Numbered from the stretch's first letter, positions 51,273-60,770 are shown. The stretch: 64,000 nt of DNA from Deltaproteobacteria bacterium (GCA_024275145.1 JAJRZR010000093.1:7228-71227), one strand, 5' to 3'. Numbers and translations: made by a program. The notes: generated from the letters alone by a model not told the origin.

Positions 51273-52658
51273 ATGATGTTTAGTTTAGTGACGAAGAAAT
51301 CGGTTTTCCCTCTGGCCGTATTGTTCCTGCTGGGTTTTTCATTGCCTTCCAATCAGGCCATGGCTGCATCCATTATTGGTTCCAGCGCCAGGATTACACT
51401 GACCAATATGGTGTCCTCTCAATGGCTACCCCTGCCGACAAGCAACAAGGGCTGGAAGGTTATGTATTCGCCAGATTGGCTGACATTGAATCCTTCACCT
51501 TCGACCGTGGACGGAGAGGACAATTCCATCCAACCGGTCTCAAGGCTTTTAATCGCCCTTGCTTCCGACACCGATCCCGGTCACTATTTTGGCAGGCTGG
51601 TCCTTAAGGATCTGGAGACAGGCCAAGACTGGGAGGCGGATGTCACTGCCTTGGTAGAGGATACTACGGAAAGCCAAGAGGTAGCACGGGCGATCTTTTT
51701 TACTAATACTGCCCAGGACTTGGATCTCAATATGGACATCCGTACAGGCAGGACCGGCAGGTACTTTCTCCTGATGGAACATCCGCAACTGGCGCCAGGC
51801 CTCAAGTTTGCTTATGTACCCCAGGGCAAGCTCGTGCTTTTTTCCAATTATGGTTTTCCCGTTGCCAATGCAGACGACCTGTATCTAGCAGATGGGGTCT
51901 CAATACTGTGGCTGAATCTTGGGGAGATCCCGCTAGTGGGGCTCGAGGGTACCCTCAAGATCGAGGTAGATCAGTCCACTTCCACCGGGCTTGTCCCCAG
52001 GCAGGAAACCTATTTCAATATATTGAGCCTTTCTGGTGACTGGATGGTATCTGATACCTATAAGGGAACCGTCTATCCTGAATATCGTGCCCTCGTACAC
52101 GAGGGTTTTGGACTTTTTTCAGGGGAATGGAACGGGTACCCGGTCTCTGTGTCATATTCTCCCCAGGGATGGTACGTGGTGGAGTTTTCCGATGGCCGCT
52201 ACTCCTACAGGTACGAGGTAAGGTCGATATCCTCTGGAAAGATGAAGGGATTGTGGTCCTATTCCGGAAGCCATGGAGAACAATACCCCTTCGAAGGAAG
52301 AAAGATAGGATCTTTTTTCCCCCTCTCTCCAGGAATAAATGGTCCCTGGTCCTTTGTATCCGTGGAAACCAGTGATACGTGCCCCGTATCCCCCGAGTTT
52401 TTTGACGGCATGGTCGATGTCTCCGTGAGCGGGGACAAAATAGTTCTTTCCAGAGGCGGTAAGACACTACAGGGATCCGTGAACGGGAACGAGGCATTGC
52501 TTTCAGGCTCCTGGATAGAGGGGGAGGATTCCTTTGGAATCCGTTCCTCTGCCACGTTCAGCAAGGAGGGTAACGTGGTATACGGTACCGCCAGATGGAC
52601 ACTGATTTCAGGGGGGCTGAGCTGTGAGGGAAGCACCGTGTTCGAGGGGCGGCGCTAG
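51273..52658 (+). CDS. 461-aa secreted protein of unknown function, translationally linked to the preceding gene
   Basis: AAGGAG at 51264-51269, ATG 7 nt after the upstream TAA. Signal peptide MMFSLVTKKSVFPLAVLFLLGFSLPSNQAMA. I recognise no motif. Confidence 0.7.
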   Translation: MMFSLVTKKSVFPLAVLFLLGFSLPSNQAMAASIIGSSARITLTNMVSSQWLPLPTSNKGWKVMYSPDWLTLNPSPSTVDGEDNSIQPVSRLLIALASDTDPGHYFGRLVLKDLETGQDWEADVTALVEDTTESQEVARAIFFTNTAQDLDLNMDIRTGRTGRYFLLMEHPQLAPGLKFAYVPQGKLVLFSNYGFPVANADDLYLADGVSILWLNLGEIPLVGLEGTLKIEVDQSTSTGLVPRQETYFNILSLSGDWMVSDTYKGTVYPEYRALVHEGFGLFSGEWNGYPVSVSYSPQGWYVVEFSDGRYSYRYEVRSISSGKMKGLWSYSGSHGEQYPFEGRKIGSFFPLSPGINGPWSFVSVETSDTCPVSPEFFDGMVDVSVSGDKIVLSRGGKTLQGSVNGNEALLSGSWIEGEDSFGIRSSATFSKEGNVVYGTARWTLISGGLSCEGSTVFEGRR

Positions 52659-52690
52659 TGCAGGGACCTTGAGGGCTTGTATTGTTCCTT

Positions 52691-54889
52691 TCAGATTATA
52701 CTTAGTTCTGCGAAATCAAGGCGTAAGGTCTTTTCTCCCGAGACGTCAAACATTACCTTTATTTTTTGGGCATCCATGACACAGGTGATCTTCCCGGGGC
52801 CAAAGATCGGATGCCTTACCCTCATGCCGACCTTGAATCCGCTATGTTGATTTGTCATCCTATATTCCGCATTTCCTTTTATATCTGCCCTGGTGTCACG
52901 ACGGTATGGCTGTGAATGCTGTTCTTTTCTGGATGGCATGGCTTCATGAGACCTGCATGGCTCTAATAGATTGCCTGGTATCTCTTCCAGGAATCTGCAA
53001 GGTCGTGCTGGGAGAAGGCCTGCCCCGGATTGATTGATGAAGGCAGGGTAGCAGAAGAAGAGCAGGTCCCTGGCCCTGGTGGCTGCCACATAAAAAAGTC
53101 TTCTTTCCTCTTCAATTGCATCGGCTTGTTGATTAGAGGCAGGGGCAGGGAATCGTCCCTCGGCCAGTGAGATGATGAAGACCACCTTCCACTCGAGTCC
53201 TTTGGCCGAATGCATGGTGGACAGGCAGATACTGTCTCTTCGGGTGGCCTCGTTCCTTTCAGGTGGATCTATGGCCAGATCTGACAACAGGCTCACTGCA
53301 TCGGGGTAACGGCTGGAAAGTGCCCTTAATTGTATCAATTCCTGCCTGCGTCTTGGCCAGTCATCCGGATACAGGTTTTCAAGGTAAGGCCTGTACCATT
53401 TTTCGATTCTCTCCAGGGTATGATCCACACTTGATACGGATTCGGCAAGCGTCTTGAGCATCGCTCCAAGCTCTTTGAGATGAACTGCCCACTTTGCCTT
53501 GGAAGGGTAGTGGGCTAGAAGTTCCAGTGGATCCTGGCTGGAAAGTAGGTTGGTGAAGATCTTTTCTGCGGTCTTGGGGCCAATCTTTTCAAGGAGCAAA
53601 AAGACCCTGTCACAGCTTAGACGGTCCAGGGGATTTATCAGGATCCGTAAGATGCAAAGCATGTCCTTTATGTGTGCTGCATCCACTAGGCGTTTGCCCC
53701 CGCGTTTGATAAAGGGGATACCAGCGGTATTGAGTTCGGTCTCAAGGGCATAGGAGTGGAAGCCAGCCCTGAAAAGTACTGCTACTTCAGATGGCTTGAT
53801 GCCTTGGGCCAAAAGCTCCTCTAGCTTTCGACACACAAAGCGTGCTTGATCCATTTCGTCCCTGGCCACGTACAGGCCGGGCAGCCTTCCTCCCCTTCTG
53901 CATGCTACCAGGCGCTTTGTGAATTTTTGCCTGGCGCTGGCAATAATTGCGTTGGTACAATCAAGGTTGGGTTGAGTGCTTCGGTAATTGCGTTCAAGCT
54001 TGATGATTCTTGTCCCTTGAAACAGTTTGGGAAACTCCAGGATATTCTTGAAATGTGCCCCCCTGAATGAATAGATGGATTGGGAATCGTCCCCTACGAC
54101 CATCACATTGTTGTGGCCAAAGGCCATCAACCTGACGATTTCCGCCTGTAGCTTGTTGGTGTCCTGATATTCATCGACCATTATGTAACGTATTTGCTCC
54201 CCGATCCGTCTTCGTACGTCTTCATTTTCGACCAGGACATCCCTCCAATTGCTCAAAAGATCATCATAGTCCATCAGGGCATGGGATTTTTTGTATTGAT
54301 CATAGACACTGAACAGTCGCTCAAGGGCCGGCGCATACTCCAGCAGGTGGGGATAGTCGTTTTCAAGGATAGAACCAAGGCCCCCGGTGGAATTAGCCAC
54401 CTTGCTGAATATGGCAGCCAAGGCACCTTTTTGGGGAAAACTGCGGGATGAACCGGCAAAGCCGAGCTGTCTTGCAAGAAGACGCAGCAGATCCTGTACA
54501 TCACCCCTGTCCATTATTGTGAAGCTGTTTGGATAACCTATGCGGGGCGCATACCTCCTGAGCATACGGTTGCAAAAGGCGTGAAATGTTCCACCCTGAA
54601 CCTCCTGGCATCTCTGTCCTACCAGTCGTGAGGCCCTTTGGAGCATCGTAGAGGCGGCCTTCCGGGTAAAGGTGAGGAGAAGGATCTGCCCCGGATCAAT
54701 GCCCTTGTGGATGAGCATTGCCACCCTGTAGACAAGGGTCCTGGTCTTTCCGCTGCCCGCACCGGCAATCACCAGGACAGGACCATCTACGGTCTCAACT
54801 GCTTCAAGTTGTTCGGGATTCAGATCCCTGGCGAAATCCACCGATTGCCTGGGCAGGTCCGAATCAGGAAGGTGTACGTCACCAGGCAT
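52691..54889 (-). CDS. uvrD: UvrD/PcrA/Rep-family SF1 DNA helicase with a C-terminal Tudor-like tail
   Basis: Walker A VIAGAGSGKT, MVDEYQDTN, VGDDSQSIYSFRGA and YRS motifs. The tail reads FKVGMRVRHPIFGPGKI. The track start at 54967 would overlap the upstream gene by 89 nt. ATG 54889 (GGAGGG 10 nt upstream) is preferred but uncertain. Confidence 0.92.
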   Translation of the reverse strand: MPGDVHLPDSDLPRQSVDFARDLNPEQLEAVETVDGPVLVIAGAGSGKTRTLVYRVAMLIHKGIDPGQILLLTFTRKAASTMLQRASRLVGQRCQEVQGGTFHAFCNRMLRRYAPRIGYPNSFTIMDRGDVQDLLRLLARQLGFAGSSRSFPQKGALAAIFSKVANSTGGLGSILENDYPHLLEYAPALERLFSVYDQYKKSHALMDYDDLLSNWRDVLVENEDVRRRIGEQIRYIMVDEYQDTNKLQAEIVRLMAFGHNNVMVVGDDSQSIYSFRGAHFKNILEFPKLFQGTRIIKLERNYRSTQPNLDCTNAIIASARQKFTKRLVACRRGGRLPGLYVARDEMDQARFVCRKLEELLAQGIKPSEVAVLFRAGFHSYALETELNTAGIPFIKRGGKRLVDAAHIKDMLCILRILINPLDRLSCDRVFLLLEKIGPKTAEKIFTNLLSSQDPLELLAHYPSKAKWAVHLKELGAMLKTLAESVSSVDHTLERIEKWYRPYLENLYPDDWPRRRQELIQLRALSSRYPDAVSLLSDLAIDPPERNEATRRDSICLSTMHSAKGLEWKVVFIISLAEGRFPAPASNQQADAIEEERRLFYVAATRARDLLFFCYPAFINQSGAGLLPARPCRFLEEIPGNLLEPCRSHEAMPSRKEQHSQPYRRDTRADIKGNAEYRMTNQHSGFKVGMRVRHPIFGPGKITCVMDAQKIKVMFDVSGEKTLRLDFAELSII

Positions 54890-56297
54890 GGTAGGTTCGC
54901 CCTCCATTCTCAGGTTCTTGTAAGGGGAGGATAAAAAAGAAGTTGTTACCAAGATGCGTTGCCTCATAGCCAGCCACTCCCCCGTGTACCTCTACAACCT
55001 TTTTTACAAAATGCAGCCCGTGACCTGAGCCTGGACTTTTTTGTGTGCTGGTACAGCGGTAACCCTCTTCAAAGATATGGGCTACCTCTTCCTGGGGAAT
55101 ATGGGGACCGGTAGTGAAGACATTGAATTTTATTCCTGGCTTTCCTTTTCCGAAAAAATCTGTAAGGATTTCACGCCCATAGGCCATAAATTTGACCGGC
55201 TGGCCAAATTCATTAGGTACCTCATGGCAGTATTTTTCTGCATTTGAAAACAGATTGGCGTACACCTGGGAAATCAACCCGACATCAACTGCAAGTGGTA
55301 TGTCTTCATCCGGGATGCCGCCCATGAGGTTATCTATCCTGATGCCCTGTCGCTCCAATCTTTGCCTGTACCGCTCTAGTTGAGGTTCGATAACCTCCTT
55401 TTTGAATCTACAATTCTTCTTTCTTAGTACCAGATGACCCTTTTCGAAATGGTCCCTGCGAAGGAGGCTTTCGAGAAAGAGGCTCGTGTTACGGAAATGT
55501 TTGTCTATGTCCTCGTATGATAACGCAATCTCCCCAACAAGATCGTCGAGGCTTTTTTGTATCTCCGTGAGCCCGTTTGAGTCTGTGTCTTTTCCCGGTG
55601 CCCGCCCGGTTGTGTATTCATCCAATGCGCTTGTCAGCCTCTTCAGGCCCTTGATTTTTTTCTTGAGGTCATTAAGAAAGACCTTGTATTTCATGTTGGG
55701 AACGATCACGTTGTGATCTATGTCGGCCACCAGGGTATTTATGAACTTGATATGTTCCTCGTTCTGAATTGAAATCAACTTGTAGTGCAGGTTGTAACCG
55801 ATTCGGTTGGCATACTTTTCAAAGAACAGTTTGTCCTTTTCCTCAAACCTTGAGAGTGGAAAAACCTCAAAGAGGCCGATAACATCTTTTGCCCTGGAAA
55901 GGGGATTTGCCGAGAATAACCTGCGATTTCCCTTTATGGGAGTGATGAAAGAATCGTTCAACTCATAGGCCTCGTTGCTGATCCTCACGCCCCGTGGCGG
56001 TTTCATGCCACAGACAGACAGGCCGTTCAGGGAATCACAGGCCATGAAGAGACCGTCATCAGAACCATCTATAAGATAGAGGCAGGAATCGAAGCCCATG
56101 AATTCCTTGGGTACGAAGACTGCCACCCGGTAGAAATTTTCCAGGGTCTCATACTCTTGTGCCAGGTCAAAAAAGGCCCTTAATGTCCTGCCTTGTGTGT
56201 GGGAAAATCCATATTTTTCGTAATCCTTCCGCTTTTTACGGATCCTTGTAAGTACAGAGACAAGTTCAGGTGGGGTTTGGGGGCAATAAATGCTCAT
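54879..56297 (-). CDS. Cytoplasmic sensor histidine kinase-like protein (GAF-like N-terminal region, atypical H-box, GHKL ATPase)
   Basis: The C-terminal ATPase has N-box YANLFSNAEKY and G-boxes (GSGHGLHFV...VHGG). The candidate H-box ADIDHNVIVPN is non-canonical. No TM segments. Confidence 0.72.
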   Translation of the reverse strand: MSIYCPQTPPELVSVLTRIRKKRKDYEKYGFSHTQGRTLRAFFDLAQEYETLENFYRVAVFVPKEFMGFDSCLYLIDGSDDGLFMACDSLNGLSVCGMKPPRGVRISNEAYELNDSFITPIKGNRRLFSANPLSRAKDVIGLFEVFPLSRFEEKDKLFFEKYANRIGYNLHYKLISIQNEEHIKFINTLVADIDHNVIVPNMKYKVFLNDLKKKIKGLKRLTSALDEYTTGRAPGKDTDSNGLTEIQKSLDDLVGEIALSYEDIDKHFRNTSLFLESLLRRDHFEKGHLVLRKKNCRFKKEVIEPQLERYRQRLERQGIRIDNLMGGIPDEDIPLAVDVGLISQVYANLFSNAEKYCHEVPNEFGQPVKFMAYGREILTDFFGKGKPGIKFNVFTTGPHIPQEEVAHIFEEGYRCTSTQKSPGSGHGLHFVKKVVEVHGGVAGYEATHLGNNFFFILPLQEPENGGRTYHAW

Positions 56298-56441
56298 GGT
56301 TTGTCCCGGCGCATAGGAGTGCCTTTATATCAGGTATCATTTGAAATAGAGCCGATTATGTAAAAATGTTCAAGCTGGTTTCATAGGAGACCTTCATGAT
56401 TTTCTTCTTGTTTTAAGACTCAATTCCGACCGGGTCGTCTG

Positions 56442-57977
56442 TTACCCGCGGGAGAGATAGACCTCTATTGCATCTACCAAGTCAGGTATCGTGGATCTCT
56501 GGGGAAGCACGTGGACCTTTATACCCATTTCTCTGGCGGTCTTTGCGGTTACCGGGCCTATGCATGCAATCTTTGCCCTTGCCAGCAGGTTGTCCCGTAG
56601 CCCCGGGGGCATAATGTCAAAAAAATTTTTTACGGTTGAAGAACTGGTAAAGGTTATCAGATCAACAGGTTCCTTCTCCAGCCTTTCGCATATTTCCATT
56701 GAAGGCACAGGGGCTGTGGTCTCGTATACAGGGGCCACCGTAACCTCGGCCCCCAATTCCTGCAGGCCCTGGGGTAGCAGTTCCCTGGCCTTGCGGGCAC
56801 GTGGTATCAATATCCTCTTCCCTCGGATATCCTGCCGTGAAAAGGCATCTAACAGGCCCTCTGCCCGGAAGTCCTCAGGGACTATGTCTGGAACGATGTG
56901 GAAGCGATGTAATGCGTCCGAGGTGGCCTGCCCCACCGTGGCGATTCCGATTCCACCCAAGGCGCGTATGTCCTTGCCAGAGCTGAACAGTTTTTCAAAA
57001 AAGAAGCTTACTCCGTTTACGCTGCTGAAGATGATCCAGTCATAGGCTGCCAACTCCTTTAAAGCCTTCTCCAGTACGGCCTGATCACTGGCTGCCCTGA
57101 CCTCTATCGTAGGACATTCCAGGCAATCCGCACCCCGCTCTTCCAGGCATCTTACCAGTTCGCTGGCCTGTGCCCTTGTCCTGGTAACCAATATGCGTCT
57201 GTTGAGCAAAGGCAGCTTCTCGTACCAGCCTATCCGGTCCTTCAGTGCGGTTACCTCCCCCACTACGATTATGGCAGGGGGCTTGAAGCCCGCTTCCTTG
57301 ACCTTGGTTGCAATATTGGAAAGTTTCCCCACCAACGACTGGTGGTTTGGTGTCGTTCCCCAGCGTATCACCGCTACAGGTGTGTCAGGGCTCCGTCCAA
57401 ACCTTATGAGCCTTTGGGCAATATTGGGAAGATTTGTCATGCCCATAAGGAAGACCAGGGTGCCAACCCCCTTGGCCAGTCCCTCCCAGTCAACAGGGGC
57501 CTCCTTGGTATCAAGCCTCCTGTGTCCGGTGATGAACGCCACGGAGGCCGTATAGGCCCTGTGGGTCAGCGGTATCCCTGCATAGGCCGGTACCGCAATA
57601 GCCGACGTAACACCTGGAACTATCTCGAACGGGATGCCTGCCTCGGCCAGCACCTCGGCCTCCTCCCCGCCCCGGCCAAATATAAAGGGATCTCCACCCT
57701 TTAAGCGTACTACGGTTCTCCCTTCTTTCGCCTTCCTCACGATTAATGCATTGATTTCTTCCTGTTTGAACGCATGTTTGCCTATTCTTTTACCCACGTA
57801 AATCTTTTCGGCATCACGGGGGACAAAGGCAAGGAGTCTTGGGCTTGCCAGGCGGTCATATATCAGGCATTCTGTCCTGGCAAGGAGTTCTTTGCCCTTG
57901 ATGGTAAGGAGGCCAGGATCTCCCGGGCCAGCCCCAACCAGATACACCTTGCCCAATCTGTTATTTTCAGTTGTCAC
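56442..57977 (-). CDS. cobA/hemD: Bifunctional uroporphyrinogen-III C-methyltransferase / uroporphyrinogen-III synthase
   Basis: The N-terminal half is SUMT-like (VYLVGAGPGDPGLLTIKG...GGDPFIFGRGGEE). The C-terminal roughly 250 aa is HemD-like. It overlaps the hemC stop by 11 nt. Confidence 0.92.
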   Translation of the reverse strand: MTTENNRLGKVYLVGAGPGDPGLLTIKGKELLARTECLIYDRLASPRLLAFVPRDAEKIYVGKRIGKHAFKQEEINALIVRKAKEGRTVVRLKGGDPFIFGRGGEEAEVLAEAGIPFEIVPGVTSAIAVPAYAGIPLTHRAYTASVAFITGHRRLDTKEAPVDWEGLAKGVGTLVFLMGMTNLPNIAQRLIRFGRSPDTPVAVIRWGTTPNHQSLVGKLSNIATKVKEAGFKPPAIIVVGEVTALKDRIGWYEKLPLLNRRILVTRTRAQASELVRCLEERGADCLECPTIEVRAASDQAVLEKALKELAAYDWIIFSSVNGVSFFFEKLFSSGKDIRALGGIGIATVGQATSDALHRFHIVPDIVPEDFRAEGLLDAFSRQDIRGKRILIPRARKARELLPQGLQELGAEVTVAPVYETTAPVPSMEICERLEKEPVDLITFTSSSTVKNFFDIMPPGLRDNLLARAKIACIGPVTAKTAREMGIKVHVLPQRSTIPDLVDAIEVYLSRG

Positions 57978-58896
57978 TGTAAACTTCCTCTAGGATTTCC
58001 TTCCCCCCAGCGTCGAGAATGGTCTGCCCGAGCTCGTTGCCAAGGGCTGTCGGATCGTGCCTTGATCCTTCGAGCGCCTTCCTTATCACAATGGAGCCAG
58101 TTTCATTGGCCACCATGCCCTCCAGTGAGAGTTTATCTCCCCGGAGCCTGGCCAGAGCACCTATCGGTACCTGGCATCCTCCTTCAAGCCTGGCAAGGAA
58201 GGCCCTTTCTGCCCTCACGCATGTGGCAGTTTCCTCATGGTGGATGGCACCTAGTATCCTTCGCATCTCCCCATCATCCGACCTGAATTCAATTCCCAGT
58301 GCACCTTGGCCTATGGCAGGAAGCACGATGGATGGATCCAAGAGGGATGAGATGCGATTGCCAAGGCCCAGCCTGTTTAATCCAGCAGCGGCAAGTATTA
58401 TGGCATCGAACATGCCTTCTTCCAGTTTTTTTATACGTGTATCAAGATTGCCCCTAAGTGATTCGATTCTTATGTCTGGCCGCAAGGCCTTTATTTGTGC
58501 CATGCGGCGCAGGCTGCTGGTACCTATAACCGCCTCTTTTGGCAATTCATCGATCGAGTCAGCCACATTGGAGATAAAGGCGTCACGGTAGTCCTCACGC
58601 CGGGGGAAGACGGATACTTCCAGTCCATCTGGCAGCTCTGTTGGTACGTCCTTGAGGCTGTGGACAGCAAGGTCAACATCTCCCCTTATGATCGAATCCT
58701 CTATCTCCTTTACAAAAAGTCCCTTGCCACCCACTTTGGCCAGCGGTACGTCAAGGATCTTGTCACCCTTAGTAGTGATCTCCACCAGTGACACGGTAAT
58801 ATCCGGCCAGCAGCTTTCTATTTGTTTTTTGACCCACCTGCTTTGGGTCAATGCAAGCAGGCTCTTTCTTGTGCCCAGTCTGAGGCTTTTGCCCAT
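57967..58896 (-). CDS. hemC: Hydroxymethylbilane synthase (porphobilinogen deaminase)
   Basis: 309 aa. LRLGTRKSLLALTQ, HSLKDVP, the LRGNLDTR-type motif (SLRGNLDTRIKKL), and the cofactor Cys region GGCQVPIG. Confidence 0.95.
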   Translation of the reverse strand: MGKSLRLGTRKSLLALTQSRWVKKQIESCWPDITVSLVEITTKGDKILDVPLAKVGGKGLFVKEIEDSIIRGDVDLAVHSLKDVPTELPDGLEVSVFPRREDYRDAFISNVADSIDELPKEAVIGTSSLRRMAQIKALRPDIRIESLRGNLDTRIKKLEEGMFDAIILAAAGLNRLGLGNRISSLLDPSIVLPAIGQGALGIEFRSDDGEMRRILGAIHHEETATCVRAERAFLARLEGGCQVPIGALARLRGDKLSLEGMVANETGSIVIRKALEGSRHDPTALGNELGQTILDAGGKEILEEVYSDN

Positions 58897-59064
58897 GTCG
58901 CTTATCTATCCCTTCTGTTGAATTTATTCCATATCGCCTGAATGGGCCTTTTTATATCCAGGCGCGTAGCAACAACGAATGACAGGTTGCTGAGATCCGT
59001 GGCATCTTGTAACGGTTCTTGGATTTGCCCCTCTCCAGTTTTAAGGTGATCATACTGTTGCTAC

Positions 59065-59083
59065 CATGAAAATCCATCCTGCC
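59065..59083 (-). repeat. Copy of the recurring intergenic box (minus strand GGCAGGATGGATTTTCATG), 168 nt upstream of hemC
   Basis: The plus strand reads CATGAAAATCCATCCTGCC. Downstream similarity to copy 1 continues (CCC-TGGTCCGCGTTCTCACGCC versus CCCCCGGGCCGTGTTTTTCTCGTGCC). Confidence 0.55.
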
Positions 59084-59311
59084 CTGGTCCGCGTTCTCAC
59101 GCCCTTGGGGGATACGCGGCGTCAAAAGGTAAGGGCTACATGAGGGCACAAGGTGGATTCCCGGTCTGGATCTGCCATTGCCTTGCCTCTATTGGCTGGC
59201 CATGGCTGGCATTTGTATGAAATTGGACACAAAGATCATCCTGCTGGAAAGATATGTACCCAACCGCTGCGGGGCAGTTAGCCAATGTCAGGGATCGAGG
59301 CCTGTCAACGT

Positions 59312-59539
59312 TCAGCCACCACAGGTACTGCAACTTGTGCTGGTACAGCCGGCACACCCACTGCTGGCCTTTTTGCCGGTTCCCACGAATTTCGTACCTG
59401 ATTTCATGGCAAATGCTGACATTCTCTTCCGTGTATGGGAAGAATTGCACTTGGGGCATTTTATTTCCTTATAGCCACCAAGCACCAGTTCCTCAAATTC
59501 CTCTCCGCAAGATGAGCATATGTATTCATAGATTGGCAT
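59312..59539 (-). CDS. FmdB-family zinc-ribbon protein
   Basis: From ATG 59539 (GGAGGAG 5 nt upstream) it reads MPIYEYICSSCGEEFE...IKCPKCNS, the CxxC...CxxC zinc ribbon typical of the FmdB family, with a Cys/Ser/Thr-rich tail. 75 aa. Confidence 0.85.
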   Translation of the reverse strand: MPIYEYICSSCGEEFEELVLGGYKEIKCPKCNSSHTRKRMSAFAMKSGTKFVGTGKKASSGCAGCTSTSCSTCGG

Positions 59540-59614
59540 TTTGTCTCCTCCAGCTTTAGGCACACCAGGAGATTTTCCTGGATGGGCCTTCGTCTCCTAC
59601 CATCCTTTCCCAAT

Positions 59615-59657
59615 CCATGAAAAAAAACCAGCCCGGCCTTGGAGCGTATTTTCATGG
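59615..59657. repeat. 9-bp inverted repeat CCATGAAAA / TTTTCATGG separated by 25 nt. The right arm is a partial copy of the recurring box
   Basis: Arms lie at 59615-59623 and 59649-59657. An A8 run (T8 on the minus strand) follows the left arm, so it may also act as the minus-strand terminator of the gene ending at 59811. Confidence 0.45.
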
Positions 59658-59711
59658 CAAGTCAAGATGGTTCTTTGCCGAGCAAGCCCTGTTTATTTAT
59701 CTTTATCTCAC

Positions 59712-59731
59712 TATGAAGTATACATCCTGCC
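59712..59731 (-). repeat. Copy of the recurring intergenic box (minus strand GGCAGGATGTATACTTCATA, one inserted nt), 172 nt upstream of the FmdB-family gene
   Basis: The plus strand reads TATGAAGTATACATCCTGCC. The stretch ATACATCCTGCC is identical to copy 1. Confidence 0.5.
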
Positions 59732-59810
59732 TTATGGGCGCAAGTTCGGATGCATGGGTCATATGAAGGCTTGGCGCCCTTGTCCTGCTGTTGTCTTGAC
59801 CCATAACCGG

Positions 59811-60770
59811 CTACGCACCATCTTGACTGGCAAGTTCTTCCAATATGGCTGCAGCAAGCAGCGGAAACATTATTTCATGGTGGCCGGTTATGTTGTATCC
59901 ATGGCCGCCTTCTAAAGTAGGACGATGAACTACATTGGTCAAGGGGCGGTAATGTCTGATAAAATCAAAATTGGCCGTGGTAAAATTTTTTACTGGATAT
60001 CCCAGATTCCTTACCAGGGTCAATGCCTTCAGAAAAATCTCGGGAAGAATAACCGCTGATCCAACATGTAGCAGTACGCCTTTCTCCATCTGTGAGATAA
60101 TGCTGCAAAATATCTTGAAGTCCGTATAAGATGCCTTGCCAATGGCCTGACCACTTGTCCCGGGATGTATATGGATTATATCTGTGCCAATGGCTACGTG
60201 AACGGTCACCGGAATATCGAGTTCAGCAGCATTGGCAAGCAGGCTGACCTTGTTAAAGGGGAAGCATTCCTCGATCAGGCGTCTCCCTACTGTCTGCCCT
60301 AGCCCCTTGTCTTGTGCAGCAGCCTCTTTTATTGCGTCGTTTAGAAATTGCCCGGTCTCTCTGGCCGCGCCGAACATACCGTCTCCCAATACTGCTGCTA
60401 CGTCTTCAGAGGTTTTCCCTGCCATGGCGGTTTCCGTATCATGAATAATGCCAGCACCATTTAGCGCCACCGCCGAGATGATTCCCCGTTTCATGAGGTC
60501 GATAATGATAGGGCTTAGCCCAACCTTTATGACATGGGCACCCATCGCAAGTATCACCTTGCGACCGCCTTTGACCGCTGTTGCCACCGCCTTGGCTATA
60601 TGGATCAGATCCCTTGCAGCCAATTGATCAGGCAGGCAGGCCAGAAAATCTGATACTGACAGGCCGGCATCCACAGGTTTTGCAAAGTCATTCACGCTGA
60701 CCTTGCTAGGTCTTTCAAGGAGTGAATAGGTTTTTAGACCAGAAAAATCCAGCGGCTTTGGATAACTCAT
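59811..60770 (-). CDS. Deoxyhypusine-synthase-like (DHS-like NAD-binding fold) family protein, function unknown
   Basis: 319 aa. ILAMGAHVIKVGLSPIIIDLMKRGIISAVALNGAGIIHDTE and the C-terminal HHEIMFPLLAAAI resemble the layout of deoxyhypusine/homospermidine synthase relatives. The match is from memory. Confidence 0.5.
   Translation of the reverse strand: MSYPKPLDFSGLKTYSLLERPSKVSVNDFAKPVDAGLSVSDFLACLPDQLAARDLIHIAKAVATAVKGGRKVILAMGAHVIKVGLSPIIIDLMKRGIISAVALNGAGIIHDTETAMAGKTSEDVAAVLGDGMFGAARETGQFLNDAIKEAAAQDKGLGQTVGRRLIEECFPFNKVSLLANAAELDIPVTVHVAIGTDIIHIHPGTSGQAIGKASYTDFKIFCSIISQMEKGVLLHVGSAVILPEIFLKALTLVRNLGYPVKNFTTANFDFIRHYRPLTNVVHRPTLEGGHGYNITGHHEIMFPLLAAAILEELASQDGA

Noticed and set aside
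52691-56297. UvrD-like helicase next to a GHKL-ATPase protein as a possible phage-defence pair (Gabija/Hachiman-like)
   Set aside because: The helicase has full housekeeping UvrD/PcrA motifs and length. The partner is a GAF-histidine-kinase-type protein, not an OLD/nuclease or HamA-like protein. There are no mobile-element hallmarks, and ordinary haem-biosynthesis genes lie next to it.
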